Positions 37,800-51,000 of a stretch of 64,000 bases of DNA are shown here, piece after piece. The notes below the pieces were generated by a model. That model made no database searches. It saw only the letters and a list, made by a program, of their open reading frames with translations, and was not told the DNA's origin. Position 1 is the stretch's first letter. Each line of letters begins with the position of its first letter. The position numbers and the translations under genes are program-made. This DNA is from Ascidiella aspersa (taxonomy: Eukaryota). The DNA lies in NCBI GenBank assembly GCA_963924565.1, contig OZ004614.1:20274001-20338000 (forward strand), given 5' to 3'.

Positions 37800-38460
37800 A
37801 CAAGATATTTCCCGCCGGGCATTGTAGTACGAAAGCGCGTTGCGAAGTAGCCCTGATTTAAACCGTGGTGGGCGCGGTTGTACCAGCTGTTTCTGTTTTC
37901 CAGTCAGACACAGTGCGTCCGGGTGTTTTTCAGCCTTCGTCAAGCAGTCAATCCGCTTTAACGTCTACCCGGCGTCCGCTATAGTAGCCTAAACCCGCTT
38001 TAGGTCTACTAGTGCCATATAAGGAATAGCGCTCGGCAAGATTATTGTGAAAAAGCGGCATTGTGACGTTCGAAAGGGCACCAGCGCGCGCTGGAATGTC
38101 AGGCACGTGCCGCGAGCATTCGGGTTCGACTCTTTTGAACGCTTCAAATCCCCGGGATTAGGGCTTGTGGGAAAGATCGACGAAACAAACCGCCCTTTAC
38201 CAAAATAGGTCAGCCGCGGTCCTTATTCACGCCCATGCCTGCGCTGACGAATACTCGCGCTGCGCATTTTTGACCGCGGTGTCACTTTCCCCCACATGTT
38301 TTTCTTGCGGACGCTCGCATTTCTCGACTTACTTACCCACTTCTTCTGCTGGTGCTGCTGCTGTTGTTGTTGTTTTTTACGTGAACGGAATCGTAGCGAA
38401 ACGCACCCGCCCCTTTTACACCCACGTCGAATGCATTTCGCTAAACTGGCGGGTTTACGG
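37800..38460. promoter_or_regulatory. Candidate distal CCN enhancer (SRF/TEAD/ATF motifs)
   Basis: GC-rich island with two perfect CArG boxes (CCATATAAGG 38015-38024, CCAAAATAGG 38200-38209), GGAATG (38093-38098) and a TGACGT half-CRE (~38064). Confidence 0.4.
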
Positions 38461-38555
38461 GTAGAGCCTTGAAAACAGATTTCTCAGTTTAGATTAAAAT
38501 AACTGCTTTGTTTTATACTGCGTATTATACATGCGCTGTAGTTTTAGATTTAGTG

Positions 38556-38989
38556 CAGGGGTGTCCAACTCAAACATGCCGGCGTGCCACTTTTTATCCT
38601 ATAACTTCTTCCCGTGCCAAAGTTTAGTAATAAAGCGTTTTTTTACAAATAATAAAAACGTGTAGTTAGCGCAGTGCGCATTACTGCATCTAAATTTCCG
38701 TCGGTGACTTTTGCTTTTTGTTTCTTCGCACCAAACTTTATAGTTATGTGAATGCCAGCCTCCACTACAATATAATGTTAGAGTCAGTGTTAAAAGTAAT
38801 TGTAAGTTGTCGTGATTGCAGCGATTGTTTTAATTGTGAATAAACAAATGCCAATTTACTGTATAAAAAATTAGGTATCTTTTTACAATTGGCTGAATAG
38901 CAAATATGTAATTTAGGGGTACTTGCGTGCCATTTTTTATATGGTCGCGTGCCACATTTGGCACGCGTGCCGCTTGTTGGACACCCCTG
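38556..38989. mobile_element. hAT-type MITE
   Basis: 14-bp TIR caggggtgtccaac / gttggacacccctg; perfect TSD atttagtg. Confidence 0.9.
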
Positions 38990-41360
38990 ATTTAGTGCAA
39001 CATGACCGCTTGAACAAATCGGGCGAGAGGTTTACTTTAAACACTTCAGTTTTATTTTATTTTAACTGGATGAAATGGGCGCCCATACTAAATTTGAGAT
39101 GGGGCCCAATATTGTTGGTGGCGGAATCTTTATGGGTTTATATCTTTGTTCACCTTTTAATGTTCACTAATACCAAAGTAATTACCAACATGTATACGAC
39201 AGGCGAATTAAGCATATCGAAAAACTGCATCCATGATTTGGTAAGAACTTTTGTAGACGCAATAAGGAGTGCTGAGTTATCACTTTAGTGGTCCTGAAAT
39301 AAATTTCAAGTTTATTATTCATTCGTGTGATATGACATTTTCGATTTTTGATTCAAAACCACCATTTGAGATCGCAAACAAACTTCTTGGTCTACGTATA
39401 AATTTGGGGAAAATGTTTCTTTTAACTTTACAAAAAAATATTACTAAGATTATAGCAAACAAGTAGAGATTCAATCGATCATCAGCGAATTCCGCAACAA
39501 AACAACCGGCCAATACAACCGTAAGTTGTGGAGTTATTGCAGAGTTTCTCAAAAACTGCGTCGTTGAAAAAGAGTGCGTCGTTTTAGTTTTTCAAAAGCG
39601 TCGCACAATCAGGAGGGGTACCATCGCCACTCGCCACCGAGATATAAGGCACATTCGTGTATTTCGCTTGTCGGGCAGCCCTGCACGACTGGCCCCGATT
39701 ATTACTCTAGTCCCCACACACATCGCGCGGTTTTCCAATCCGTTCACTAAACGCACGGACGATTTCACGAAAGCGCACGTTTCGTTCGGCACGTTTCTCT
39801 CGTTTAACCTCGGATCGGTTGACCTGCTGTGCGCGTAATACACCTCTGCCTGAGGATTAGGCGACCTTTCTCAATTCCACCGCAGTAGCACGACGCTTTA
39901 CGGTCGAACACCAATGCCTGACCTGGCCTCACGCCGAGGCAACGACCCCTTTAAAGTCCATCGCCATAAACGCTCCTTCTGTTTGGACCCGACTTATCCT
40001 CGCATTACATATACGAACGGTCGTGTCGTTTAGCTCGCATTCAAAGTGGGTGGTAACCTGTGGGATGTTGGCATGGTCCTCAAACTGTGGACCATGGCCC
40101 AGTACTAGGCCACCAACACACTTCAATGGGCCACAAAGCCATTTGAACAGATTCTACTGTTTTGTTATAATGTAGATATTACGCGCTTTGTTTCGAAAAC
40201 AATAACTATTTAGCAAGAAAGGTCATTGCCTGGTCCTAATAAAGGGTTTTAGTTGATGTGTTTGAGATAGCAGTACTTGTAAATATGAAGTCCAAGCTGC
40301 GCAACCGTCTTGAAGTTGAGCAAGATATTCGCTGTGCTCTGTCATCAACAGAGCCAAGGATTCCGAAACTTGCAGCCAAATTTCAGGAGCATGTATCACA
40401 TTAAAAATAAATTGATAGAAACCTTTTCGCATGTTTTTAAGTTAAATTTTTATAGAAAAGTTGCACCGTTGTCTATACAAAGACATGCAAGAAATCTTTA
40501 AAATAGCCCTGTGTAAATATATCATGAAAACCATATGAATCTGGACAGTTTTACCTTTGGAAGTTAGAAAGTGAAATTCGTAGCTCTAGCATTGGTAATA
40601 TAAACAACATATAATCTGTGCTAACTGCATGAAAATTATTAAATGCTTGTCAAACAAATTTTATTTATTTGCTATACCCATGGCACCAATATCGAAAATA
40701 TTGATAGACGGTTACCGTTCTTATCCACGCAGTCAAGATTGCAACACAAGTCTCAGTGAAGTGGAATTTACGTTTCGAAAATCCACTAAACCATGCTGCG
40801 ATAAGCTTTGAGAGAAATTCCCCCATTTCATACCGCCTACGGGCGCCGAAATTTTGTCGGTGACTAAAATTGAAACGGACAGCATTTGAGTTGGTGTTGA
40901 TTTTGACGCCAACCGTTTCTCAATATTGCCAGATGTTCGTTTTATTTGGTCTTTTGGCAAAATTCTTCGAATCGCTTCCCAGCCGGTGTTATTAGATTAT
41001 CACTGGCCTGTGTCACAACATCACGGCTCATTGCCACCCCAGCCAAAGTCAGCCCCACTGGGCTTGGCCTTCACCCCCATTGGGACCGGCCTTGACCCAT
41101 GGGTGTATCGTCGACCCCACGCGTGCCCCAAAGTCACAACAGCAAAACCACCAACGATGTTTTCGCATTAGTAGTGCGAAAAGTTAGAAAAACTAACACA
41201 GCGATCGAAGGCGTGGTTTCCTTCCTTGACAGAATACAGTTTTAGGGCTACAGAAAGTGCAAACCGACTTTATGAGGCTAACTCTAGGAACGCGCGATAA
41301 TATCATAGGGAAGCCGGTACACACATTTTTATCGCTGCAGAAAATGCAAACCGACTAGAC

Positions 41361-41638
41361 CAGTGGTTCTTAACCTTTTCCTTGCTGCACCCTTTTCAAA
41401 TCACCAACCAATTCTTGCACTCCTTCTAGATTTGCTTAAATAGCAAAACCGTTGTAATCTGTTTTATACAAGTAACCGATAAAACAGTAACACTAAACCG
41501 CGTATTAAATTTACATTTAAACGAGCAAAGAAAAAATACAGTACTACATTCTGTGTTTCTTATTCAGCATTCCCGCAACTCCTTGAAACAGTTGGCGTAC
41601 TCCTTGGGGGTGCGAGCACCCCCGGTTAAGAAACCCTG
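41361..41638. mobile_element. hAT-type MITE
   Basis: TIR cagtggttcttaacc / ggttaagaaaccctg; perfect TSD gactagac. Confidence 0.88.
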
Positions 41639-42413
41639 GACTAGACATTAGTAATATATTCTAACTTGGTTTGCGGTAAACGTTTTTGTTTTTGGTTTTA
41701 ATTAAGTCATTATTTCTTTGTAGCTAACACTAGGATGCCTGATAATATTAGATTGAGAGCTGGTACACAATGCTAAGTGATAGCATCGATACTTGCCTTA
41801 CTAGAGTGGTATCGATGCCGATCCGATATCAAATTATTGTAGATTTTAGCCATGATCCAAAGCAGAGATTCTACTATGAGAGGTAAATATTTTGAAGGTA
41901 AGAAGATAAAAGGGTAACAACTTTACTGTGTACATAACCAAGCTTTTTAACGCAAAATCAAATGTTTGCCTAATAACCCGAAACAAAAATACATTAGAAT
42001 ACGATAGCAACTTAATGAGAGGAATTTAAACTATAATTTGCAATCCAACGCAGCAGTTCTACAATGAAAAGTAAGTATTGAAAGAAAACTCAGTTATAGG
42101 ACGTGTATTAATTTCATCTGTTTTGCTTTTTGTGCATAGTAATAACATCGATTGGTATGGGTTCAGATTGGGATGCTTTTCATCCAAAACATTCCGCCAT
42201 GATTTTTAATCCAAGCAGCGATTGTACGTTGAAGACGAATCTATCAAATAGTAGGTTAACAACTGGAGGAAACTCAACTCATAAGTGCTAAAGCCATTTT
42301 TTTTAAAAAAATTCAATTTGGAACTTTTAAATTTCTCGTAATATTCTTGTTTGGGCATAGCAGTGACGTCATGTGGTATCGGGGATCGGATCGCGATACG
42401 ATTTGAAAATATG

Positions 42414-42503
42414 CTCTATGTTGAAAATGAATAAAGAGTTATTCGAAACGTTCAAAATGATACCTGCTTCTGTATGGGCTTTGATATTCTTATTACGACT
42501 TAT
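42414..42503 (+). mobile_element. Foldback/Penelope-like element, right arm only
   Basis: ttgaaaatgaataaagagttattcgaaacgttcaaaatgatacctgcttctgtatgggctttgatattcttattacg is near-identical to the other copies. Confidence 0.7.
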
Positions 42504-42975
42504 AGGCCTATTGTTAAATGTGTACGTTAAGCAACACTCTTTTAATTCAAATTAACCACTAAACTATCAGACGGTAACGTTCATCGTGGTGCCTGAAATG
42601 TCTGAAAATATACATCAGCAAATAATTTTTTTCCGCCATATACAGCTACTGTTTACACTTGATTTGTTGAACTGTCGCGACGGCAAGCCTAAATAAGTAA
42701 ATAATCAACAATCAAAATCACGTTCGAAATAATACAACACTGTATTGTCATGACACAATCAATGCTATGACCGTAAGGTGTGTGCTTTGTCTTTGCTTGG
42801 TCAATAATAACAATCCTAACGAATTCCAAAGGTAGTAAACAGCACAAAAGCACTTATTCCCCTATTGAAAGTCATTGTCAAGGTGACAGGGGGTCCTATC
42901 GATTTTACAGCAGCCTTGAGCACCGAACGCCCAATTATTGATTTGAATTTAATGTCTTCGTATACAGTGCATCTA

Positions 42976-43033
42976 TTGATGGTTGCTAGAAAACTGTTTG
43001 ATGGTTGCTAGAATGTGTTAATGGTTGCTAGAA
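42976..43033. repeat. Minisatellite, ~21-bp unit x3
   Basis: atggttgctagaa at 42979, 43001 and 43021. Confidence 0.8.
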
Positions 43034-43289
43034 GCAGAATTGCCTGTTGGCATGCGTGAAGCAAATTGTGTTTGACAGGCCCACACATCACGAGGCCCAA
43101 AGTGTAAGGCTTTGGAAATCAGAGTATTTCCATCTGTTGTTGTTCTTAAAAGCGGCGGCTAGTCAATTGCTATCGGGGTGGCCGGACTGGGAAAGCAGAG
43201 ACTCCAAATTTGTCAAAACACTGTCTTTGCCTTTAAGCTTTTATCTATATTCAATGCCAATTGTAGAAGTATAATCGAGTGCGTTCAAC

Positions 43290-43555
43290 CAGTGTTTCTT
43301 AATCAGGTGAATGGTTTACCCAGGGTGAATATTTTTTTTGCAGGGGTGAAACAATCAAAAGGGGTGAATAAGGGTGAACCGTCAGAAAAGGATGATAGCT
43401 TGCGAGCAGGGCGGATATTCCGGGTGTTCAACCTGTTCAGTAAACAGGTGAGAATTTCCAAAAACAAAATCAATTCTATGTTTTTTCACAAGGGTGAATG
43501 AAATCTGGAGATAGATGCCAGGGATGAACAAACCTAAAAAAAATTAAAAGCACTG
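43290..43555. mobile_element. Probable hAT-type MITE with internal GGGTGAA repeats
   Basis: cagtgtttcttaa ... ttaaaagcactg ends; multiple gggtgaa motifs; TSD poorly preserved. Confidence 0.5.
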
Positions 43556-44111
43556 TCTACAACCATACCAGTGGTTTTAAATCTTCTTTAACTTTCGGCA
43601 GAGTAAGACAAGATCGCTGCACACTTTCATCATTGCTATGTCAATTCAGTACAATTATAACTTGAAAATCTTTCTTACTACACATCAAGGCAATATACTT
43701 TGTTATTATCCTCTCAGATAGTGTGTATTAAGTTCTTGCATGCCTTGGCTTTATGTCAGGTTGTATTTCAATACACTATAATTATACAAGAAGGTTTGCG
43801 GCACAATCAAGAATATTTCGAGGCACATTGTTGTTTTTGAGAGGACCAAAGCTTTAAACAAATCATACGAGCTTGACAGTACAATAATCACTTGACGAGT
43901 AATTTCATCCAGCAGCCAAGATCAAGTTCACTTTGGCTTTAGAGAGTGGAGTGCTCTCTCCAAACTACTTTTCCTATTAATTGTCCAACCATCGGCAATC
44001 TGTAAATTAAAATACCGCCGAATCTAAAATCCCCACTCTATTGTCGCTTTGAATAGTTTGAAGAAGTTAAAAACAGAAATAAAAATTGAAAAATCACTAG
44101 TTGCTTAAGAT

Positions 44112-44700
44112 CAGGGATGGTGAACCACTGTCCCGCGACAGATTTTTAATGACCCACTTGTCTCTCTAGAAATATCGAAATGTTATAAAATATTTTCAGA
44201 AAAGGATAAATTAAAAAAAAAAACAATTCACTGTTTAAATCAGGGCTGCCTAATCTGTGGGTCGTGCAAATGTATTTTAGGGGTGACGAGTAGGGCTATA
44301 TTAACTGCACTTCAAATGTGTGCAGAAAAGCAGACAACTGAAAGCATTTAGTTTATCGCTGTAAAACGTAAAGGGTGGCAAAAGTGAGGAAAATTAAGAG
44401 CTCACAGACTACAAAATTTGAAAACCCTGCTTAAACCATGCTGAAAATCTTTCTGTTGAACTCCTGTAATAAACAATGCTACAACATTTTGTTAGGTTTT
44501 TAATGTTCGTGGGAATCCGAATTTGGAAATCGTCCAAAAACCTTGAATTACCAACCCAGACAATACCACTTAAACTGACGCATCAGCAAAGTTTCGCATA
44601 AAATTAGCATACCATAATTAAGTATATGACCCACTTATGCATTTCGTAAGGATTAAGGCCGTGTTTGTTACCCGCGCGATGAAAAGGTTCGCCATCCCTG
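44112..44700. mobile_element. hAT-type MITE (possibly with a nested element at ~44241-44429)
   Basis: TIR cagggatggtgaacc / ggttcgccatccctg; flanks cttaagat / atttagat. Confidence 0.8.
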
Positions 44701-44708
44701 ATTTAGAT

Positions 44709-45023
44709 CAAGGGTCACCAAACTATACGATCAGCCGTTTAATTCTTCCGGCCGGCATGATATTTCATAAAACAAGGTTATTAATAGTTTTTTGGCATAA
44801 ACGTTTGTCGGATAAAAAACTAAGATATATTGTAATGAAACGACATTTTTATAAAGCGTAATGTGTATTTTGGTGAATATTTGTTTATGTTTGCTAAGTT
44901 TAGCAAAAATTAGGTCAAATAAGGGGAATACAAAGTTTATATCTGGCTCACGATCTGATCAGCGAACGCCATGTAGTTCCTACAATCAACCAGCTCTTTA
45001 TAAAAAAAGTTTAGCAACTTCTG
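44709..45023. mobile_element. hAT-type MITE directly adjacent to the previous one
   Basis: Degenerate TIR caagggtcaccaaact / agtttagcaacttctg; flanks atttagat / ctttagat. Confidence 0.6.
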
Positions 45024-48000
45024 CTTTAGATTGATTGGGCCTATATACTAACTTAAGTTAGTGATATACTACAAAAAGCTCATTCAAAATGTACCAAAAG
45101 AGTTGTTGGTTTTTTAAACAACTATAAGAATATTGCGCCAACATTGTGCTATAGACTTTATTTGGATTGCGTGAAGACTGGTGAATCACCTTCCAAAATA
45201 TTTGCCAGTAAACGAAAAAGGTAATTTTTCATCAAAATCGCTTTGCTAAAATCGAAACTAAAAAAGCCTTAACTTTCTCGGTTCGTTGAAACGTTGCATA
45301 AGGCACCGTACAAAATGTGAAGGTCATGTGACTACAATGATCATGTGACCTATGTGTGGTAGTTTTCCACAGAGTTTGAGTTGAAATGCGAGAAAGTCGT
45401 GCTTGGTTTTTGGGAGAAATTACCATCCACAAAACACGAAAGTTTCTGCTGTCTGCTCGTTCAATTTAATCCGAACGCCTTCGCCACTTTTAAGCGGGGT
45501 TAACAGAAGAAAGCTTGTTGATCTTTAAACAATAAAACACGCTTTAAATCTAATTAGGTGCTCGTGTTTTTCACACTCCAGACAGATTTCTTCGAAGTTT
45601 GAGCTTTATCACACCCTTACATGTCGAACATAGTGTAGAAGATTACACGCTCTGAAGTGCGCAAGGCTATAAATGGATAATTTGAATGTTTATGTTTTTC
45701 GAGCGTTTCCAAGCTGAAGCTATCGTACAAGTTGACGTCATACGTAAACAAGTTAAAAGTTTGTGGAGGTTTGTAAAATTAGGTCGCAGAGGAATAGAGT
45801 TGGTATAATAATATTTGAATGCGAGTAAGTGATACATCCCAAACAAACAATAGGTTCGCAATACATTACCTCATAAATCATTGGAGATCAACCCGTGGTA
45901 TCAATACGGTATAAATACCAGTCAGACGCTCATTTGCTTGCCTTGCCTTTCTCGTACTTTTTAAAAAGAGTTACACTTGACAGCTGCAATCAGATTACAC
46001 CTGTGAATGAGCAATGTGGTTCCGTGTCCGACTGTCCGTGTTGAATGTGTGTGCGCTCCATGCGCGACAAATTTAGATTAACGGGAATTCCCCGTTGCGT
46101 CACTATGGCGAAATAAGGTTGCGAAGCTTGACTATTACCTGTCGACGTCATGCAGGGATAGGCATCCTTATCCCCGCCGGTCGTCACCTATTTTCGGTAC
46201 TTCCACAAATTGTGCTACACTACGGGACGTTCAGCAAAACAGTGGCCTACAATTTGTTTTTATTATAGTGAGGGAGTCCGTAGAAATCTCTCCTCACCAG
46301 TTTGTTTTAACTGCTGATTACTACATCCTAATTAAACAGTTACTGCAAAAGTTCACCGAATCTGCATCATATTACCTCTTTTCCGTATTTTTTCGCAAAG
46401 CAAATGTCGACTTAGAAGTGACGTGTGCTGTGAATTGATTTTAAATTTTATTTACAATAAACAAACACTGGTAATTTGAATTAGGGCAACAAGTGTATTT
46501 CCGCACGTTTAAGAATGCAAACAAACAAACACCCTGATATCATTTGGTACGTTTAGTGTTAGTTTTGTTATTTGACTGAGTTGGGTACCATAAAAAGCAC
46601 GAAAAGCTTTATTCTTAATAAAGTTATATTTTACTACCCTTAAGATATGTTACTTTGTATTTGTGAAATATCTTCGAATTTGCAAAAAAGCATCATCTGC
46701 ATTAATAACGTTCTCCGCCCAAAAAACAAATAGATTGCTAGGGGTAAATGCCAAACCCAAATATTTTTCCGCCAATAAATATAATTTATCGGTATGACTA
46801 CAAACAAATATGTCTTTACACATTTTCCATCGTCTAAAGTTTGTACGACGTATTATTGTACGTTTACTCAACTAACAAACAAAAACCATTTACTTGTATG
46901 TTTACACTGAACGTGGCATAAGGTATTGCCGAAACGTTTATAAACAGCGAAATAACGATTTTATCGAATATATCGAATATAACGGCTTTGGTATTTTTAT
47001 TAAAATTACTAAAAAAACGTGTATTGTGTTCCAAACACCAGCAGTTTATGGCAAAGCTAAAACACGCGGACCACCATAGCCGCCTCATATCCTATTTATG
47101 GAAACCTTAGATAACCAGGACCATGGGCTTGGAATGCAGGAAATAACCATCAAAACCTACCTGGGGAATTGTGGCTCGCTAATAACCTTGACTTTCTGCG
47201 CGGCGACTTTTCCATTGCGTCATTCAAACTTGCGTCGTTTCTAGAACGTGACTAACGACCGAGGTCATTGTGACGTCGTAATTGCTGAGTGCCACTATTG
47301 AAAGGAAGGTGTTTTGGTTTAGCAAAGTCCCATCCCTTATCGTCGTCTATACGTCACCAGTTGCTTTTATCAGATTGATTTTAAGTTGAAGAATTGTTGT
47401 CGTCGATGAGATGTGGTTTTTGTTGCCAACTCAGAGCAAAATGTCTTTTCTATCTTACTCACTATCTATTTCGCGAGCGCTTTGTCGTCACAAATTGTCA
47501 GATCGAATCTATGAAGTGATTCGATAGCTCTTTAAGGTTCCCTTCCGTGAAATTTCTATGATAATAAGATCTGCTTTTTCTCACAAGGGGTACAACCATG
47601 CAGGGCCGCTTTTTGCAAAGGACAACAAAACGCCCAAACCTTTGTATCAGATATTTTCCTCCATTAAGATAAGATATGGAAGAGAAATTTTATCAAATGA
47701 AGATCAACATCAACAAATGACAATAGTGAACATTGTTCACAGCACATTAAAATGAAATGTGTTCAGAATAAATGTTTGAGAGCGTCATTAGTTTCCCAGG
47801 CATAAATGTGGGTGAAAATGATGAAAAGCATACGACATTTTAACTAAAACATGAAAATAATGCTGGACTTAACTGCATGTCACGTATTAACGATTAAAAT
47901 AATCTCAGGTGAAACATAAATGATGTAAGGTATTCGAAGAAAACCTTACTGGATTACTGCCTCCTGTGAAACTTTGTATTGAGTATTGCTTACCCGTTAT

Positions 48001-51000
48001 TTGCTGACTCACGCTGACAAGCATGATTCAGCTTTTCTCATAAGAAAATGTGCATGATTTGTATATTCTTTAGTGAGTGACTATCTTTACAAATCGTGCA
48101 TCATGATTTTATTTAAATGGATTTATATTTACTTTTTTAATACTTCACGATGTTCGGGTTAAAAGGTTAAATTAACACGCACGACTTTCAAAAAAGGAAC
48201 CTAAAAGTAGTTGGCAGAATATCTAATACCAACGGATAAGCACTTAACCTAATGTGCGAAAAATTACCACATCAAGTCAACATATGCCTATGATAGGTTG
48301 TTATTATGATAGTTTGTTATAGTCATTATAACCCCAAAGCATACAAAATACTTCTCCGCTTATTCTGAGCCAATAACGCCTATAGGTGCCATCTTGTTTG
48401 TACTACGTCAATGATTTGACAACCTGCGGAGAGTTGATTGATGATTAGGCTGCTTTGAAATGACAGCCTTACCTGAGAATTTATACAAACGCTTGACTTT
48501 TTCTGGGGCGGTTAATTAATTTTCTTGCGGAATTTTCGCGATTTCGTTCTTTGATAAACAATCGTGACGCATTGCGTGGCTACGCAAGTACGTCAACTAC
48601 CATGCCACCCATAGATTTCAACATTTTCGTAGCCCTTTTTTCTCATAGATTGTCGGAAAGTTTAAAATGTTACTGGTCTGCTATGGTACAATTGTGACAT
48701 TTGGCAAGCATTTTGTTTTGTAATGCCATACTGTAGAGCAAAAAGTTGCGAAAAGTTCGTTTGTGTTGCCGATAAAGCCTAATGCTATTTAGTACCACTT
48801 AAAACAAAGGATTTTCAGAATCATTCAAAAATTTCGGGTACATTACGTCATGCCAAAACGAATATCAATCCATTAGCTGCGATCATCCCAAGCTTATCAC
48901 AGCCTCAGCTTTGAAACACGCGCGGAATGTTTCCCTGATAACACCACGTGACCACTATACGCTATCACGTGGCCGTTACGCCGCTATGACATCATGCAAC
49001 CAAGCTAAAGCCTTTCTCGCGTGACATTCACGACAAATATTCCTTTTCTCATGTGATTGTGAGAGGGTTTCAAAGATAAATGTCGGTTTGACGGTATATT
49101 GCACCAGGGTTTAAAATAAATCAGCTATGTAATTACTTGACCCAGGCCCAGTTTAAAGTCGTTTCTGAATAAATACATATGCAGGCCTCACTTGTTAGGT
49201 TGGATTACGATTACTCACATTTGTAAATATTCTGTATCGTTCTGAAGTTTTTTCAAAAGTCTTCCGTGAAATACCTCGGCCTTTAGTTTTATTTAACGGC
49301 ATGTGGCGTACACAACCTCAATATTAAATCCATTTGCAAAACAAGGACAAAGCATGTAATTTAAAACTAGACTAGCAATTATTATGAAAGCATTATTTAG
49401 CTTGATATTGCGTTTTAGGTGCAACTGCACGATATATGTTAGCTAAACAGTGATGACTACTACCATTGCTTTGCATGTCCGCTTTCCAACGGTGGAAGAA
49501 ACACACTATTAGGCCAGGATTTAGGACCATCTATTTGGATCAATTGCAATTGGCTGTAGATAAATAACCAAACATCACAGAGATTTTTTGAAACAAATTA
49601 GAGCTTTTATAATGTTCTGGTGACAACTCGGAAAGTCCAATAATATTGGATCGGAAATCCAGACCCGATGCCAAGTGGTGTAAATTATTATTAGCACTTG
49701 TCCGATGATATAGTGATATCAGTGCCAATCCGATGACACAGTGGTAGCCGACACGTCGATCGCCACATTTCACTTGGTCGATCGCGGCGAATATGTGTTA
49801 CGTCATTACTGTAGCTGTCGCACACGATCGGAACATTATAATGACCAATTGCTGTCTTGAAAAGCCTAATAAAGTGTTCTGTGACGTAACAAATTAAACT
49901 CCATCGCTGGCTTGGAATACAATTGCCGCTCAAAATAAGTGTTCTTGTGATTTTTTTACCGAACCGGTCGAGCGAGATTCTCTAAAAAATATTTCAGTCG
50001 ATCGCAGTCAAATATAAGTTGGCTACAAATGTATAACAAATTGAACAAAGTACAGTTTAAGTATCCAAGGTTTTCAATCCACTTTGGAAGGTATTTTGTT
50101 TGAAGCAATGGTATGTTAACAATGAAGGTGACTATAACGTTCACAGAGCTAAAGTATCTTTGTGCTTCAGTTAACTCGTTTCAATTTGGTCAAATTGCTT
50201 ATTTGACAATAGAATCACATGATCGGGAACAAATCGGCATGACAGCCCGAAAAAAAAAAATATCGCTACAGGAAATAAAGTACGATGTAACGGAGGTCCC
50301 TTATGACAACGTGGCACCTCTCACGCTTTAACAAACACGACTTTCGGCTATTTGCGGCACTTCACCCTACGTTTACGCCTCACCCCCGTTCGAACCACAA
50401 TTGCCTGCGGCAAAACGAGACAACGTGAAAGTAACTGGCCGTGCGTCAACACCGCCCAGAAACGCCGAGGGACAATTCCCGGCTCCAAATACGGCAGTTG
50501 GTCGTCGGTAACTGTTCCTGTGTGGGTTTGCGGCATGCAGCGCAATCCGCTCGTCGTAAACTCCAAGCCGAATGACGTCGTTATGACGTGCGTCCGCATT
50601 TTTTGCGTGGACGTACCCCCTTTTAGAGACCCTGTTAAAGACAGCCGCATGTACAGTAGGTTTGGGAGTGCATTCACTAAATAGAGCCTTCTTCGCACAC
50701 GCTGTTTGAATAAGGTAAGTTTGCTCCCTGTGGATTCTTGCCTAATTCAGTAGAATCCTGCCCTTTTTTCCAAGGGAAAACTGTTTTTTGGGGGGCAGTA
50801 CAGCTAAATATTAAAATAGTTTAACATTTATCTTACTACTTACATACACTACCACACAAAACAGCACACGCTATTTGGTAGCTCCGACCAGCACTCGATC
50901 GTTTTATGGCTGATCGATTCTTCGAAAAAAAAACTTATTCAGCCTTTACCATTTGTTTCGTATGTAACATGTGTTAATGCCACAAAGCCGTACATTATGT

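Noticed and set aside
38118-38135. B-box-like GGTTCGACTC suggesting a tRNA gene
   Set aside because: No T-stem, A-box or cloverleaf around it.
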